A DNA stretch of 64,000 bases from Candidatus Poribacteria bacterium (GTDB lineage Bacteria > Poribacteria > WGA-4E > PCPOR2b). The stretch lies in contig OZ244587.1 of the NCBI GenBank assembly GCA_965218095.1, forward strand, positions 1,664,001 to 1,728,000, read 5' to 3'. Every line of letters begins with the position of its first letter. Position 1 is the first letter of the stretch. Both the position numbers and the translations under genes were made by a program. The notes beneath the pieces are model-generated. The model saw nothing but the letters and a program-made list of their open reading frames with translations, was not told the DNA's origin and made no database searches. Below, piece by piece: positions 8,993-19,428 of the stretch.

Positions 8993-11900
8993 TTACTTCA
9001 AAATGACCATCCGCCTCATCTGACGGAAAGATGGCGTAGACAATTGGTAGAAATAGAGTCCACTTGAGACCCGCTCTCCCGTTTCAGAGCGTCCATCCCA
9101 ATACGCGGCTCGGCTCCGATTCGTGTAATAGCCAGCTATCTGATGACCTAAATCCAACCGACGCACCAACGCGCCCTTTGTGTCATAAATCGTGATCTGC
9201 ACATCGGCATCGTTGGCGAGATGATACGGCATCCATGTCTCCGGGTTGAATGGATTCGGGTAGTTTGGCAACAGGGCTATCTCTGTTGGTGTCAGGGATG
9301 CCAAGAGCTGTTCAAGCACCACAATCCCCCTCACCATCGTGGCATCCTTAACCTCAAGCGACCTCGCGTCGGTCAGCCACTGTTGAACGTCTGCCGCCGT
9401 GAGCATCTCAAATGCTTGTGGATGCGCTGAAGGCGCGGATGCCGCATTCCCAAACGCGCCCGCAACCAACACCAGATCTAGGATATTCACGCCACCGTCA
9501 CTATTCACATCCCCCGCAATCGGTGGCGGCTCAGTGTCGGAGACGACCTTAAAGGTCACCGTTTGCTCAAATCCAGCGGCAGACACAGAGACGGTGTTCG
9601 TTCCCGGGTTCGGACCCAGCGTGAGCGTACTCTCTGCTCTGCCGTTTTCATCGGTCATTGTGCGTGTGGCATTGAGCGTTCCACCGCCCGTGGTCACGGT
9701 AAACGTGACCGGAACCCCCTCAAGCACTGAACCATTCTCATCCTGTACTTCAACGACAAACGGGTTCGCCGGGGCCGCACCGGACACGCCTTTCTGGTTA
9801 TCGCCTGAGATTTTCAAAAGGGCGGGATGCGCTTGGTCGTCAAAGCCTACCATAACCCTTCTGCTTTGGAGGGTTGGAATGTGGGTGTGGATGGATGTGT
9901 AGCTCAGGAGGTTTCCCGTCACATCAACCGTGTCTCCACCCCCCAATCCCGTGTTTGCCACCAGGGGCGAGATGTCCGATATCGAGTTGTCCGAAAGCTC
10001 CAGCCATGTCAGATTGGTTAATCCCGACACAGGCGAGATGTCCGATATCGAGTTCCCGCCAAGCCCCAGCCATGTCAGATTGGTTAATCCCGACACAGGC
10101 AAGATGTCCGATATCGAGTTCCCGCCAAGCCCCAGCCATGTCAGATTGGTTAATCCCGACACAGGCGAGATGTCCGATATCGAGTTCCTGTCAAGAAACA
10201 GCCGTGTCAGATTGGTTAATCCCGACACAGGCGAGATGTCCGATATCGGGTTGCCCCAAAGATACAGCTCTGTCAGATTGGTTAATCCCGACACAGGCGA
10301 GATATCCGATACTGAGTTGTTGTGAAGATTTAGATCTGTCAAATTGGTTAATCCTGCCACTGCTGAGATGTTCGAGATGTTGTTGTCCCCAAGAAACAGT
10401 CCTGTCAAGCTGGTTAAGCCGGACATCGTCGAGATGTCCGAGATGTTACTGCCCCCAAGAGACAGCGACCTTAGTTTGGTTAAACCCGTTAAAGGCGAGA
10501 AATCCGATACCGAGTTACTGTTAATCGAACGATTCTCTGCCTCCACATACTCCGCACTAAGATCCAGTGTTCTCAGGTTGGTTGCACCTTCAAGCCCGGT
10601 CAAATCGCTTATGTTGGCGTTTCTTGCGTCAAGGCGGGTCAAATTTTCTAGGTGCCCTCGGAAAATGGGAGTACTTGGTGGCAGCCCGATCGCTTCTGCA
10701 ATCGCAGCGCGGAGGTTGGGGTCGGGGATGTCAATCTCAGCCACTGCCTCAAGACGAACCCCCATTAACCCAGACATATCCCACAGTTCGACCGTGCCAG
10801 CCACCGTCCCGGAGGCAAGGGTTGTATCATCGCTTGAAAATGCCACAGAAAGTACATGATCCCCATGCCCGAGAGTGACGAAATTTACTCGCGTCGTTAT
10901 GTCCCACAGCTTGACCGTCCTGTCCCACGACCCGGTAGCGAGGGTACTCCCATCGCGCGAAAATGCCACAGAAGTGACCCCACCCGTATGCTCTTCAAAA
11001 GTGCCGATATTTTGCTGTGTCTCAACATCCCACAGCTTGACCGTCCTATCCCACGACCCGGTAGCGAGGAGGGTCGCATCAACAGGCGAAAATGCCACAG
11101 AAGTGACCCTACTCGTGTAATCCTCAAAAGTGCCGATATCTCGGTGCGTCGCCACGTCCCACAGCTTGACCGTCCCATCCCGCGACCCGGTAGCGAGAAT
11201 TGCCCCATCGGGCGAAAACGACACAGAAGTGACCTCATCCGTATGTCTAAAAGTGGCGATATCTCGTTCTGTCTCTACGTCCCACAGCTTAACCGTCCCA
11301 TCCCATGAGCCGGCAGCGAGGGTCCTCTTATCGGACGAAAACGTCATAGCAGATGTATATGTATGCACCTTAAGGGTCGCGATATCTTGTTGCGATACTA
11401 CGTCCCACAGTTTGACTGTCCCATCCCATGAGCCGGTTGCGAGAGTCACGCCATCGGACAAAAATGCCACAGAATGGACTCCAGATGTATGCTCATCAAA
11501 GGTGGCGATATGGTGTGGCGAAATTTCCACAAGCCAAAAGGAGGCATAGCCTGCATTCCCATCCGTATCAACAACCTTGACATGAACGGTATGTACCATA
11601 GAATCAGACAGATTCGTAAAGCCCTCCGCTGTAAAAGCACCGTTATAGTCGAATTTAATGGGGGCATCTTTTTCTCCCGCTAATCCACGACACGCTATCA
11701 GTCCATCAGAACCAGACAGGAGCACTTGATGGAGCCCCTCTGAATCGCTGACTTTGAGTTGAACCGGGACGCTCTGCGAGCCTGCCGGATAAGTACGCGG
11801 CGAGGTAAGTTCAATGGTGGGTCGCTCCCCCTCTTCAGTTGGGGTATTGAGATTGAAGTAGGGATGCACGGACAAATATTCGGCATGGCACGCGGATAAC

Positions 11901-12625
11901 TGATCCCGTCCTGGACCACCATACGACATGATGTACGCACCATCGTGAAAATCGTGATTCAGTCCGAAGGCGTGTCCCAGTTCATGTGCTGCTGTTCCGA
12001 AGCTAAATTCGCCAGGAACTAACGCATCTCCACCATTTTTCCCCCATCTGCCTCCGACACCTCCGACGTTACGTCCATCACCAAGACCAATTAGATCTGT
12101 GCTATTATCAATGACGATTAGGTAAACGTTTGCCTCAAGATTAAACGCTAGGTTTATCTCGTCGAATACAGCACCAGCGGTGTTATCAAGGTAGTGGCTA
12201 TCGGGGTGTCGCCCGTCCACGTGATGCACCATCGGCTCGCCTTGGGGGTCGGTTTCGATGCGGAAGGGGACTGCCCCGTAACCGTGTGCACCCATCTGCT
12301 CGGCAAAGAAGGTCTGGACCTTGAGAATCTCCTCCTTCATCCGCTGAACGACGTCGGCGCGATACGGGCGGTCATTGGGTAAGAGGTAGATTATCCGTAC
12401 CGTGCGTGGTTCACCGACGTTCAAATTCGCTGTAAAGGATTGGGCGTAGCGACGATTGGGATATTGGTCCGAATACCGTTTGCTCCATTGATTATCAATA
12501 ACGCCGCAAAAAAGTGTCCCGTTTCCGGCAGATAGCTGGGAGGCGGCAATCGCTAGGTTGAGTGTGCCGCCGGTGAGATAGATTATTAGAGAGTATAAGG
12601 TGAAACGAAAAAATTGTGTTTTCAT
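8993..12625 (-). CDS. Secreted multidomain protein: zinc metallopeptidase, WD40 repeats, internalin-like LRR, Ig-like domain, dockerin-like motif, Poribacteria-type C-terminal domain
   Basis: Signal peptide; HELGHAFGLNH; GSWDGTVKLWD repeats; LTNLTWLGLGGNSISDISPVSG repeats; GDVNSDGGVNILDLV; LLPNYPNPFNPETW. Confidence 0.92.
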   Translation of the reverse strand: MKTQFFRFTLYSLIIYLTGGTLNLAIAASQLSAGNGTLFCGVIDNQWSKRYSDQYPNRRYAQSFTANLNVGEPRTVRIIYLLPNDRPYRADVVQRMKEEILKVQTFFAEQMGAHGYGAVPFRIETDPQGEPMVHHVDGRHPDSHYLDNTAGAVFDEINLAFNLEANVYLIVIDNSTDLIGLGDGRNVGGVGGRWGKNGGDALVPGEFSFGTAAHELGHAFGLNHDFHDGAYIMSYGGPGRDQLSACHAEYLSVHPYFNLNTPTEEGERPTIELTSPRTYPAGSQSVPVQLKVSDSEGLHQVLLSGSDGLIACRGLAGEKDAPIKFDYNGAFTAEGFTNLSDSMVHTVHVKVVDTDGNAGYASFWLVEISPHHIATFDEHTSGVHSVAFLSDGVTLATGSWDGTVKLWDVVSQQDIATLKVHTYTSAMTFSSDKRTLAAGSWDGTVKLWDVETERDIATFRHTDEVTSVSFSPDGAILATGSRDGTVKLWDVATHRDIGTFEDYTSRVTSVAFSPVDATLLATGSWDRTVKLWDVETQQNIGTFEEHTGGVTSVAFSRDGSTLATGSWDRTVKLWDITTRVNFVTLGHGDHVLSVAFSSDDTTLASGTVAGTVELWDMSGLMGVRLEAVAEIDIPDPNLRAAIAEAIGLPPSTPIFRGHLENLTRLDARNANISDLTGLEGATNLRTLDLSAEYVEAENRSINSNSVSDFSPLTGLTKLRSLSLGGSNISDISTMSGLTSLTGLFLGDNNISNISAVAGLTNLTDLNLHNNSVSDISPVSGLTNLTELYLWGNPISDISPVSGLTNLTRLFLDRNSISDISPVSGLTNLTWLGLGGNSISDILPVSGLTNLTWLGLGGNSISDISPVSGLTNLTWLELSDNSISDISPLVANTGLGGGDTVDVTGNLLSYTSIHTHIPTLQSRRVMVGFDDQAHPALLKISGDNQKGVSGAAPANPFVVEVQDENGSVLEGVPVTFTVTTGGGTLNATRTMTDENGRAESTLTLGPNPGTNTVSVSAAGFEQTVTFKVVSDTEPPPIAGDVNSDGGVNILDLVLVAGAFGNAASAPSAHPQAFEMLTAADVQQWLTDARSLEVKDATMVRGIVVLEQLLASLTPTEIALLPNYPNPFNPETWMPYHLANDADVQITIYDTKGALVRRLDLGHQIAGYYTNRSRAAYWDGRSETGERVSSGLYFYQLSTPSFRQMRRMVILK
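9965..10340 (-). repeat. Tandem 66-bp near-identical repeats encoding 22-aa LRRs
   Basis: GTCAGATTGGTTAATCCCGACACAGGCGAGATGTCCGATATCG recurs at 66-bp period. Confidence 0.9.
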
Positions 12626-12704
12626 CGCTATGTTTATTTCCTTTGAGGTTGGAAATGTGTGAGAGGCATTTGTGCCTCGATTGTCAGGACACCCCCCTTA
12701 TCAG

Positions 12705-12931
12705 GCTTACTATTACCCATAAGTCTGCAAACCCTTGTGGTATAGGGATTCTGCCCGCCGATGAATCAGCGGGCTACACGGCTGCGTCCGATGAAGAAAC
12801 CGATAAACGAAGTTTATTAGTTTCTCCTGAATTGAACTGAGAAGATCGCTCGAAAGCCCGATGAATCGGGCTTCTTTTTCTGTAACTCGGCGACTTCATC
12901 GCCGAGCGAAAAGATGTGGGTAATAGATAGC
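12705..12931. mobile_element. MITE copy 2 (direct orientation to copy 1)
   Basis: Ends GCTTACTATTACCCA / TGGGTAATAGATAGC; near-identical to 8588-8817. Confidence 0.85.
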
Positions 12932-12973
12932 AACTTTGAGGGGACATATAGAGGGAGACTTTTCAAAGTTAAA

Positions 12974-14170
12974 TTACTCGGGCGACCAGTGCGCCGCGTA
13001 ATGGAGGATATTTTCCATCAGTTTCTCATTCGCCTTGACAGTCTCCTGCCCATCATTGCGCAAGCTGGTGAAAATGTACAAACCCCTGCTGTGTTTCCGC
13101 ACGCCAACAACGAGATGTTTGCCATCGTTGGTGGTTGCAAAAACTTCGAAATCTTGATCCCAATCTGTCCAGGCATCATCAATATAGATTTCCCCCGGCT
13201 CAATCAGATGGGGCGCCGCAAACAGCTTCTCCCTCTGGTCAGTAATCTTGAAATCCTGAGTTGGTGGACGTTCGACGCCAGTCAAACTTCCTACCAGCCA
13301 GCCGATTTCACAGGGACGTTTCTGATCACTATCTTGACCGCTGACGATGACAATCCCGCCATTTGCCACAAACGTTTTGATTTTTTCCTCTATTTCTTTG
13401 TTGAGCAAGTAACCGCCATAAGCAATCTCTCCATGACCGGGCCACAAAATGTCTGCTTCGTCTAAGTCGGAGAGCGAACGATCTTGGGTTGACTCATAAG
13501 CCAGGGGCTTATCATCTGCCCTTTTAACCTTTCGTATCGCGTTATATTCATAGCCAACTGTGTTTGTCTCCACGGGAACCTGGCTGTACATAGGCTTCGT
13601 GCTGTTACCCGTCAAGACCAGCACCTTCACCGCGTCTTTGGGAGCGGCGGGCCACTTTTCACCTGCGAGGATGGCTCGGACAATCTTCTGAAATTCCATT
13701 GTTGAACCATCAAATGTTCGCAACAAATATGGGTCCGTGTGGGGAAACGACCACCACCCGTCGGGGAAATCTTCACCCGGTCCATAGGTTTGAAACCACA
13801 TGCCATCTATATATGAGAGACTTTGAATTCCCCATTGGTTCCGTTGATAAAACACGATGATCGGCATGCCGACTTTAAGCAGTTTAACCATTTGGGGGGG
13901 AGAGCTTCCACGGCGATACTGTCCGGTGGCGAAGTTCATTTTAATCTCATCTACATTGCTTACCCCTTTGGCGTCCTCTTCGACTGCAACAATGCTTCTC
14001 AACCGTTTAGCATTTACGCTTCTAATTTTCCCAAAGACGATGTTGGTGCAGGCATCTGAAACTTCATGGATTGTATATTCTCGCTCAATAAACCCCCTTG
14101 CTTGTGAGGAAAACAGCAAGCCAATGAAAATGAGGCATAAGGTAAGTGAAATTCGATGTTTTTTTAGCAT
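12974..14170 (-). CDS. Secreted hypothetical protein, C-terminal class I glutamine amidotransferase-like fold possible
   Basis: Signal peptide ending ARG; IKTFVANGGIVIVS motif. Confidence 0.7.
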   Translation of the reverse strand: MLKKHRISLTLCLIFIGLLFSSQARGFIEREYTIHEVSDACTNIVFGKIRSVNAKRLRSIVAVEEDAKGVSNVDEIKMNFATGQYRRGSSPPQMVKLLKVGMPIIVFYQRNQWGIQSLSYIDGMWFQTYGPGEDFPDGWWSFPHTDPYLLRTFDGSTMEFQKIVRAILAGEKWPAAPKDAVKVLVLTGNSTKPMYSQVPVETNTVGYEYNAIRKVKRADDKPLAYESTQDRSLSDLDEADILWPGHGEIAYGGYLLNKEIEEKIKTFVANGGIVIVSGQDSDQKRPCEIGWLVGSLTGVERPPTQDFKITDQREKLFAAPHLIEPGEIYIDDAWTDWDQDFEVFATTNDGKHLVVGVRKHSRGLYIFTSLRNDGQETVKANEKLMENILHYAAHWSPE

Positions 14171-14428
14171 TTTATAAATTCCTTTCAGCTATTGGGATGT
14201 ACACTATCACTAAATGTTTGAACAACCGCACCGTGACAGGATCTTTACCTTTTCGTCATCCGCAACAAGTGATGAGTGACGAGTGATTCTCACCTCAACG
14301 ATGACTTCTCACGTCCCGGATCAAAAATCGGGAATCCTCAATACGAATCATCGGGACCAGACGCCAGATCACTGATGCAGAGTTGACCGACCTTCTCAAG
14401 GGTTTAGTGATAGGACACAGCAATATCT

Positions 14429-15322
14429 TTATCGTCGTCGATCCATTGCTACGATTGTCTCTTCGCCCAGGTGCTCGATGAGCCACATCTTCAGCGGCAC
14501 GTCGTCGTCTGTCGGCACATACCGTCCGTCGTTCCTGACCGCGGCGCCGAGCAACTGCCTGCGAATCGGATTGCAACGGTCATACAGGTGTTCCACGACC
14601 ATGTTGTCCTTAGGCCGAATCCAGCGGTAGCCATAGCCGTAGAACAATACTTTGCGGGTGAATGCAGAACGATTTGGGCTGCGGGAGTGCCAGAGCCGAC
14701 GGTCAAAAAACACCGCCGTCCCCGGCCTCGCACACATGGGGATTGCTGCATCAGGCACACTATCGGTAGTTCCCTCGCGGGGGTTGCGGCCCACCTCTGA
14801 GAAAGTGGGTATATCATCCGAAAGGTGACTGCCGGGGATAATGTAAAAGTTGCCCCGTCCGGGCTCTGAGACGTCGGTGAGAAAGTAGCCAACTTTAAGC
14901 GACAAACGGGGACGCGGATGCGATTCCATCATCTCAATGTTGGCTCGCCCACTATCCTGGTGCCACTCCAACCAACCTTCCTCCTGTGGTGCATTGGGCT
15001 CAGCAGGGGGCTTAATGTGCATGTGTGCGTGATACAGGTAAATGTTCCACCCTAAAATACCCCAAATTTTTGGTAAGGTGGTGGGATAGTCAAGTAGGTC
15101 TAAAAAAGCGTCGTCCTCACCGAGAAAGTTTGAAGAGCTCCACGCCTTGCCATGTTCAGTCGGCTCCGCTTCAATCGCCTTTTTGTGAAGACTATCCACG
15201 GCGGCGGTCAAACGGTCAATCATTTCTTCGGACAAGGCATTTTCAACGATGAGGTAGCCTTGTTCCTCGAAATGGCGGTGTTGTTCGTCCGTTAAGCAAT
15301 GTGAAAGATAATCTTGAGTCAT
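14429..15322 (-). CDS. PhyH-family Fe(II)/2-oxoglutarate dioxygenase
   Basis: FEEQGYLIVENAL, WHQD, IPGSH, LWHSR. Confidence 0.9.
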   Translation of the reverse strand: MTQDYLSHCLTDEQHRHFEEQGYLIVENALSEEMIDRLTAAVDSLHKKAIEAEPTEHGKAWSSSNFLGEDDAFLDLLDYPTTLPKIWGILGWNIYLYHAHMHIKPPAEPNAPQEEGWLEWHQDSGRANIEMMESHPRPRLSLKVGYFLTDVSEPGRGNFYIIPGSHLSDDIPTFSEVGRNPREGTTDSVPDAAIPMCARPGTAVFFDRRLWHSRSPNRSAFTRKVLFYGYGYRWIRPKDNMVVEHLYDRCNPIRRQLLGAAVRNDGRYVPTDDDVPLKMWLIEHLGEETIVAMDRRR

Positions 15323-15368
15323 TATGCACTCTCCTTAAAAGTTTGTTCAATTGAGTCAATCAAACCAA

Positions 15369-16127
15369 TCAACGGTGTTCCTCCGCTGCATCTTGAGGTT
15401 CAAATCCAACGACCTCACGGGCGTGTGAAACGTCGCGGTAACCCCACTTGTTATTCGACACCGCGAAGAAGATATCGAAACGCACGCTATCGGGGGCTTC
15501 AATGCACTTTTCAACCATCTGTGCAATGTCGCGCTGGCTGCACCAGATTGAAAAATGGCGTGGCTGCGAGGGATGGTTGTCACGAGTGACGCCGCCAATG
15601 CGCAGGCAGATCATCGAGATGTCATAAGTATCTGAAAAGTGCATTGCCAATGCCTCGCCGAAGACCTTGGTACACCCATAGAGCCCGCTCGGTCGCGTCG
15701 GCGATTTGTGGTTCAGTTTATCCCACGTTTCGGGGACTTCATTGTAACGCCCTTCGGTGAGCGCGTTGTAAGGAAACTCTCGCTCCCAATTGCTGACAGT
15801 TGATCCGCTGCTGGCGTAGATAACCCGCTTAACCCCTGCCCGCCGTGACGCCTCGAAGACGTTGTAAGTCCCAACGATATTAGGATTCAGCAGATCTTCC
15901 CACGTTGCGTTTCCTCGGGCCATTGCCGCTAGATGTACCACCACATCTACCCCCTCGAATGTGGATTGGATGGCATCTAGGTCGGCAATATCCGCCTGAT
16001 GGCACTCGACCCCTGGCACAGGATGGCGGTTGAGCGCGCGCAAGGTATACTTGCTTTCTAATTGCTCCCGCACGACGCCCCCAATTAATCCGCTCATGCC
16101 GGTGATGAGGACCTTCTTTTGTGTCAT
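15369..16127 (-). CDS. NAD-dependent epimerase/dehydratase (uronate dehydrogenase-like)
   Basis: ITGMSGLIG, VVHLAA, YGCTK. Confidence 0.9.
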   Translation of the reverse strand: MTQKKVLITGMSGLIGGVVREQLESKYTLRALNRHPVPGVECHQADIADLDAIQSTFEGVDVVVHLAAMARGNATWEDLLNPNIVGTYNVFEASRRAGVKRVIYASSGSTVSNWEREFPYNALTEGRYNEVPETWDKLNHKSPTRPSGLYGCTKVFGEALAMHFSDTYDISMICLRIGGVTRDNHPSQPRHFSIWCSQRDIAQMVEKCIEAPDSVRFDIFFAVSNNKWGYRDVSHAREVVGFEPQDAAEEHR

Positions 16128-16275
16128 AGCTTCCCTCCATTTCTCGTCATTCGTTTCGGACTGGAGTGAACAGCGTCTCATTCCAGTCCACGTTCACCCT
16201 TCCCAGCTTGCTTTATTATACACCATGTGTAGCCAAGTTATCAAACCTTCAAGCCTGTGGATTAAAGAAATTGTC

Positions 16276-16304
16276 TTGACAAGGTTTCTATTTTCCTCTA
16301 TACT
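16276..16304 (+). promoter_or_regulatory. Sigma70 promoter
   Basis: TTGACA-17 bp-TATACT upstream of ThuA-like gene. Confidence 0.65.
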
Positions 16305-16437
16305 GAGCACCACGTCTAACATGCTGTGCTTCCATAAGCAAGCGCAGATGGGGCGCAGTTCGACTTTAATTATTCGTTGACGTAAGGAGATTCGCTTCGA
16401 TTACATCAACGAGAAAAAAACAAGGGAGGCATCCACA

Positions 16438-17082
16438 TTGAAAATTTTGGTTTTATCTGGCGAAAATCATCGGTTTGCGGATAGCGCATCTATCATCCAC
16501 GATTTTCTCGCGGCGCAGGGCGATATGTCAGTGGAGCTCACCGGCGACAAGGGGATTTTGGCGTCGTCCCAATTGGACAAATTTGATGTCTGTGTGTTCG
16601 GCACCGGGTTTACCCGTACTGTCCGTCAGCCTGACGACACAGTGAAACGGGAACCGGATTTGACGCGGGAACAGGAAGACGGTCTGCTCCAATTCGTCGG
16701 CAGTGGCAAAGGGCTGGTCGGCATTCACGGAACAGCGTGGTGGATTGGCGGTCGCGCCGTTGATCTCATCGGTGGGCATGCCAACTGGCATCCCCCCGCT
16801 TCAACCTTCACGGTGCATATCGAAGAGTCCAACCACCCAATTACGCAGGGCGTCGAGGACTTCGAGGTTGAAGATGAGATCTACATGTCTGCCTATGACC
16901 CCTACCTCCACATCCTCGCGTCAGCGGAGTGGTCAGACCGCCCGCACCCGATGGCGTGGGTGAAATCCTACGGGGAAGGGCGTGTGTTCTACACCGCGCT
17001 GGGACATGGGCCCGGCACATTTGAGCGACCTGCGATGCAGAAGCTGGTTGGACAGGCTGTCGAATGGGCGGGGAATGGTTAA
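16438..17082 (+). CDS. ThuA-domain protein
   Basis: GKGLVGIH, HPITQGV, DEIY, GRVFYTALGH. Confidence 0.9.
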   Translation: MKILVLSGENHRFADSASIIHDFLAAQGDMSVELTGDKGILASSQLDKFDVCVFGTGFTRTVRQPDDTVKREPDLTREQEDGLLQFVGSGKGLVGIHGTAWWIGGRAVDLIGGHANWHPPASTFTVHIEESNHPITQGVEDFEVEDEIYMSAYDPYLHILASAEWSDRPHPMAWVKSYGEGRVFYTALGHGPGTFERPAMQKLVGQAVEWAGNG

Positions 17083-17268
17083 TTTTCATGTCCTACTGAA
17101 TCTACATATACATGCTGACATTCATTCATAAAGAGCGCATTGGGTGATGCAGGAGCTCAAAGGTTCAGGGGTTCTGAACTCTGTTGTGCATCCAAAATTC
17201 CACATCCAAATCGGCACAAATGAAACTGTGATAGACAATACGTGCATTACAAAGGAGACTCGCATATA

Positions 17269-18048
17269 ATGAACGAGGACGAAAAATATGTGTTCGACCT
17301 GACAGGCTATCTTATTATCAAAGATGCACTCACACCTGAAGAGGTCGCACGCTGTAACGCGGCAATTGACCAACTCAAAGAGATGGACAGGTCATTGTCA
17401 GGCGGATCGAAGGCGTTAGCGGGCACATCCCACCGGAGGGATATGGGCGGGATGTTAGCGTGGGAACGTCCGTGGTGTGAGTCGTTTCGAGAGTTGTTAG
17501 TGCACCCACGAATTAAACCCTACCTCGACGGCATCTTGGAAGAGGGCTATCGGCTAGATCATGGCCCAGGCTTGATTGCGATGGAGGACGGAACAGAAGG
17601 CGGCACATTGCACGGTGGCGGCGTCGAGCGTCCCAATTTCTCCGAAGCCTACTTCTTCAAGAACGGACGCATCTACACCGGACTCACGGTGGTAGAGTAC
17701 ATGCTGGCGGACGAAGGTCCCGGCGATGGCGGGCTAGTGGTCATTCCGGGGAGCCACAAGGCAAACCTGCCCTGCCCACGCAGCATGAGGTGGTATGAGA
17801 AGCATCAGGAGCATGTGGTTGAAGTCCATGCAAAAGCAGGGGACGCAGTCATTTTCACCGAGACCTTGACGCACGGAACGCTGCCGTGGAAGGGTAAGCA
17901 TCAGCGTCGTGTGCTGCTTTATAAGTTCAGTCCGGGATTTCAGGCTTACAGCGGGGGCGCGCATCAGATTGCGTATCCTGATTATATTGAGGAGATGACG
18001 CCGGAGCAGCGTGCGGTGATGGAGGCGCCACATATTCGTCGTCGATAG
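17269..18048 (+). CDS. PhyH-family dioxygenase
   Basis: FDLTGYLIIKDAL, LHGG, IPGSHKAN, LTHGT; AAAGGAG RBS. Confidence 0.88.
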   Translation: MNEDEKYVFDLTGYLIIKDALTPEEVARCNAAIDQLKEMDRSLSGGSKALAGTSHRRDMGGMLAWERPWCESFRELLVHPRIKPYLDGILEEGYRLDHGPGLIAMEDGTEGGTLHGGGVERPNFSEAYFFKNGRIYTGLTVVEYMLADEGPGDGGLVVIPGSHKANLPCPRSMRWYEKHQEHVVEVHAKAGDAVIFTETLTHGTLPWKGKHQRRVLLYKFSPGFQAYSGGAHQIAYPDYIEEMTPEQRAVMEAPHIRRR

Positions 18049-18134
18049 TGTTCAGGAATGGAGGGGATGAATAGAAGGTACGGTTAGAACATGGCTTGAC
18101 AAAATGAACAAATCTTCCAAATCCGCTGCTCTAA

Positions 18135-18560
18135 TCAGGTTTCATGTATCGTGTCTGTTGAATATAACACAACCCCTTCGCGTTCAGCGGTTTGCCAAAG
18201 CGCGTCCGTATAACCGGATCGAGCAAAGAACGTATAATTGATGTGCTGAACTTCCGATTGAGCCATGAGCACCTGCGCCTTGGATTTCAGCGAATCCAGA
18301 ATATTTGTTCCGACAGAGCGATTTGTCCATTTGCACTCACCGACTAAAGCGTGTATACCATTACCACTCAAAGCGACCAGATTGATCTCCACATTACGCG
18401 TCCACCACGCGCCAAAGTTTACCGCCTTGAAAGGGAGTTTACCATTTCGATTTAACCGCTTCAGAAACTGCAAACAGACCGACTCAAACACAGGTGCGAC
18501 AAAGTTGGCGAAATGCGGCCTAATCCGATCCGCCAACACAAATTCAACATCTTCTTCCTC
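18135..18560 (-). pseudogene. C-terminal DUF234/PD-(D/E)XK fragment of an AAA-ATPase protein
   Basis: FESVC, GAWW, EINLV, GECKW, FARSGYT; ATPase domain missing. Confidence 0.7.
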
Positions 18561-18627
18561 AAGGTAGCCCCGTCGGTTTTGGGCTAATGAACGGCGTCAC
18601 ACCGAAGGAAATTAAAGGGAATCCTCT

Positions 18628-19320
18628 ATGACTACCAAACAAAGAAAAGAAGAATACACACTTCAGGAAATAATCAACCTTTGGGGCAATTCCTCTCTTT
18701 TTCAAACAGGCTCTAAAGCTCGCGACGACAGTCGGTTGGATTCCTGCCGACACGGCTATGCCTGTGATGATGAAAACGTCACAATTTTTATCATTATCAG
18801 AACACAATGGGAGAGGTTGGCTCAAGGCCGACGATCGGAAGTATGGTAATTGCGGATATTTTGCGTCATGACATCAAAACTGTGTATATCACGGGTTTTC
18901 CAAATTACGTGTCAGAAAAGCAACCTGAAGGTGTGAGCCTGCACGAGCATGAGACGAGGAAAGACTTCGATTTCCTACGACATTTGGCGGGGCGGTGTGG
19001 TGGATAAAAAGTTTTGTCGAGGCATTTCAAAATTCGGGCGGTAAGTTTCTTTGTACCGAACAACTCAGCAATGCGGATGCCCTTGGATCACTTATCATTA
19101 AGAAGCTTCACCCCGTGCGATATACGACGGTCGATCATTATCACAACACGATGACAGCAGTCGGCACGGGTCCTGTGGCAGGAACTCTTGCCATTACCGA
19201 TATTTTGAAACACGACATCAAATCTGCATATATCACAGGTTTTCCTTCATGATCGATTACCTGACACACCCTGAGTTTGTCAGGTACAACCCGGGGTTGC
19301 CACTGTCAGCACAAGGACGT
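18628..19320 (+). pseudogene. Tandem decayed glycosyltransferase-like fragments plus a truncated gene start
   Basis: Paralogous RPTIGSMVIADILRHDIKTVYITGFP and GPVAGTLAITDILKHDIKSAYITGFP; then MIDYLTHPEF at 19249. Confidence 0.5.
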
Positions 19321-19428
19321 CATTTGTGTAGATGTTAAAGAAATTGTGTGTTAAACTTACTCCTATTTATGGTGATTTGTTTAATTCTGTTAAAGCGAAG
19401 GAACACTCATGATTACAAGGGGAAATCG

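Noticed and set aside
9965-10340. Regularly spaced repeats resembling a CRISPR array
   Set aside because: 66-bp period, in frame within an LRR coding region, no unique spacers and no cas genes
9221-12382. Many plus-strand ORFs opposite the 1210-aa gene, and similar shadow ORFs elsewhere
   Set aside because: Antisense shadows of repetitive or GC-rich coding sequence
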